Shown here piece after piece: positions 62,410 to 64,000 of a stretch of DNA of 64,000 bases (the stretch's first letter is position 1; every line of letters begins with the position of its first letter). Below the pieces are notes generated by a model. The model was not told the DNA's origin and did not search any database. It saw nothing but the letters and a program-made list of their open reading frames with translations. The translations under genes and the position numbers were made by a program. The stretch is from Rhynchobatus australiae (lineage: Eukaryota): the NCBI GenBank assembly GCA_034780895.1, contig JAUZTB010000070.1, positions 12,971,703 through 13,035,702 on the forward strand, given 5' to 3'.

Positions 62410-62690
62410 GCCGTATTTTCCCCACTTCTTTCGCTTTCTTCTTTTCCATCCATTTACATCCCGTCCAGACAGATCAGCTGTGACTAACAAGCCATCACAA
62501 CCTTCTCTCAACCATCTGTATCATTCATTCTCTCTTCATCCCCACCCTATCACAGACCTTCCCTTTCTTCACTCTATGTCTTCTTCTCTTAAAATTAAAG
62601 AAGTGCTTGATTTGTACTTTTTTTTTCAGCTGTGATGAAAGGTCATTGACCTGAACCGTTGATTCTGTTTCTCTCTTCAAAGATGGGAAT
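62410..62690 (+). mobile_element. Old Penelope-derived terminal repeat with hammerhead remnant
   Basis: gtgatgaaaggtcattgacctgaaccgttgattctgtttctctc. Confidence 0.6.
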
Positions 62691-62894
62691 TCTCCAAGTC
62701 TTGACTTAAGTGATAACCATGTTAAACTATCTGCATTGTCACTTTCTACCAAGAGAGGGAGCTTGAATAAGGACAGAGGAGGGTATTAATAAGAAAATTA
62801 GCATCTTGATTTCAACTTTTGGACAAAAAAGCCCTCCAGAACAGGCACAAGGAAAGTAGCACTAAAGAGTAACACTTTCTTTCATTGTCCTCAC

Positions 62895-63019
62895 CTGAAG
62901 TTCCCATTCCAAGAGGAAATGCAGTGGCCTGAGCTCCAGTAACATGATGAGGAGGTGTCTTAATGAGACGCACACGCGGTTTGTACAGGTTCCTCCATGC
63001 TAAGCATGGATCGGTCATT
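62895..63019 (-). other. Candidate 125-nt exon in unique sequence
   Basis: ctgttctgtAG acceptor, CAG|GTGAGG donor, open frame MTDPCLAWRNLYKPRVRL...GMGTS; no homologue recognised. Confidence 0.22.
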
Positions 63020-63111
63020 CTACAGAACAGTGAACATTTTGTGCATATTGAAGGCCTCATGTTTCTGCTAGGCAGCACTCCATATTACCAAACAGAGCTG
63101 TACTCATCACA

Positions 63112-64000
63112 CCATAAACATAAGAAAATAGGAGCAGGAATAGGTCACCAGGACTCACAAGCCTGCCCCACCATTCAAGACTGATCTATGCTGGCCTCAA
63201 CTGCTCTTTTGAGCTGGTTACCCAGAACCTTCAAATCCTTGATCTTTCAAATATTTATCAATCTCCACCTTATCTAATGATCTGGACTCCACCACCCTTG
63301 GGGTCAGATACTTTCAGAGATTCACTGCCTTCTGAGAGAAGAAATATCTACCCACCTCAGTTTTAAATGATCAGCCCCTTATCTTGTAGTTTTGTCCCCC
63401 TTGTTTATGATTTTTCACTACCCTGTCAAGCCCCTTTAGGATCTTATGTGTTTGTATAAGATCACCCTTCATTCTTCTAAACCTCAAGGAATACAGACAC
63501 AAACTGTCTGGCCTCTTATAGGACAACCCTCTCATCCCAGGAATTAACCTGGTGAACCTACTTTGGACAGCCTCCAAAGCTACTAGATCCATTTGTAGGT
63601 TAGGACACCAAAACTTGCACAGTATTCCAGGTGTGGCCTCATCAAAACCCTGTACAACTGTAACTATATCTTCCTATTCTTAAACTCCACCTCATTCGTA
63701 ATAATGGCAAAAATGCCACTTGCCTTCTTAACTACTGGTGGATCTTTTTGTGATTGAGGCACTAGAATATCTAGATGCCTCTGAACTTCACTCATTTGCA
63801 GTCTTTCTCCTTTAGACAATAATTCACCCTTTGATCCCCCTTACCGCTCTGTATCACCTCACACTTTGCCACCTTAAACTCCATTTGCCAGGGCTTTGTG
63901 CAATCATGAAATCTATCTATATCCCACTGCAGAATGAAAATGTCCTCATCACAATATGCTCCTTTCAACTATTTTCATATCATCCACAAACTTGGAAATG
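63112..64000 (-). mobile_element. CR1 LINE 3' portion running off the window
   Basis: ORF 63371..63592 ALEAVQSRFTRLIPGMRGLSY...LYSL...GDLIQTHKILKGLDRV; cataagaaaataggagcagga tail. Confidence 0.92.

Overview
Repeat-dominated, gapped (short-read style, many ~100-N gaps) vertebrate genomic DNA. The repeat families point to a cartilaginous fish (shark, ray or skate). There are no prokaryotic genes, CRISPR arrays, rRNA genes or recognisable host protein domains, and almost all ORFs in the track are chance frames or decayed retroelement fragments. Supported content: (1) a CpG-island/promoter domain at about 20.7-28 kb holding the 5' exons of an unidentified minus-strand gene (donors at 22372, 21621 and 21372; a 63-nt exon with branch point); (2) many dead LINE fragments (CR1, RTE, Rex1/Babar, L2/CR1-like), a decayed Penelope element, and a young Gypsy LTR with a tRNA-Trp-like PBS and gag start; (3) tRNA-derived V-SINE-like and Deu-SINE-like elements; (4) about 11 short Penelope-derived elements carrying remnants of minimal type-I hammerhead ribozymes, several arranged as long hairpins. 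Other observations worth checking are a degenerate ~29-bp array in the gene's intron that contains NF-kB motifs, a direct plus inverted duplication complex at 29.5-31.7 kb, and SINE 3' tail swapping. I found no clearly novel protein-coding system. Family names come from recognition by eye, not database searches, and repeat boundaries are approximate.
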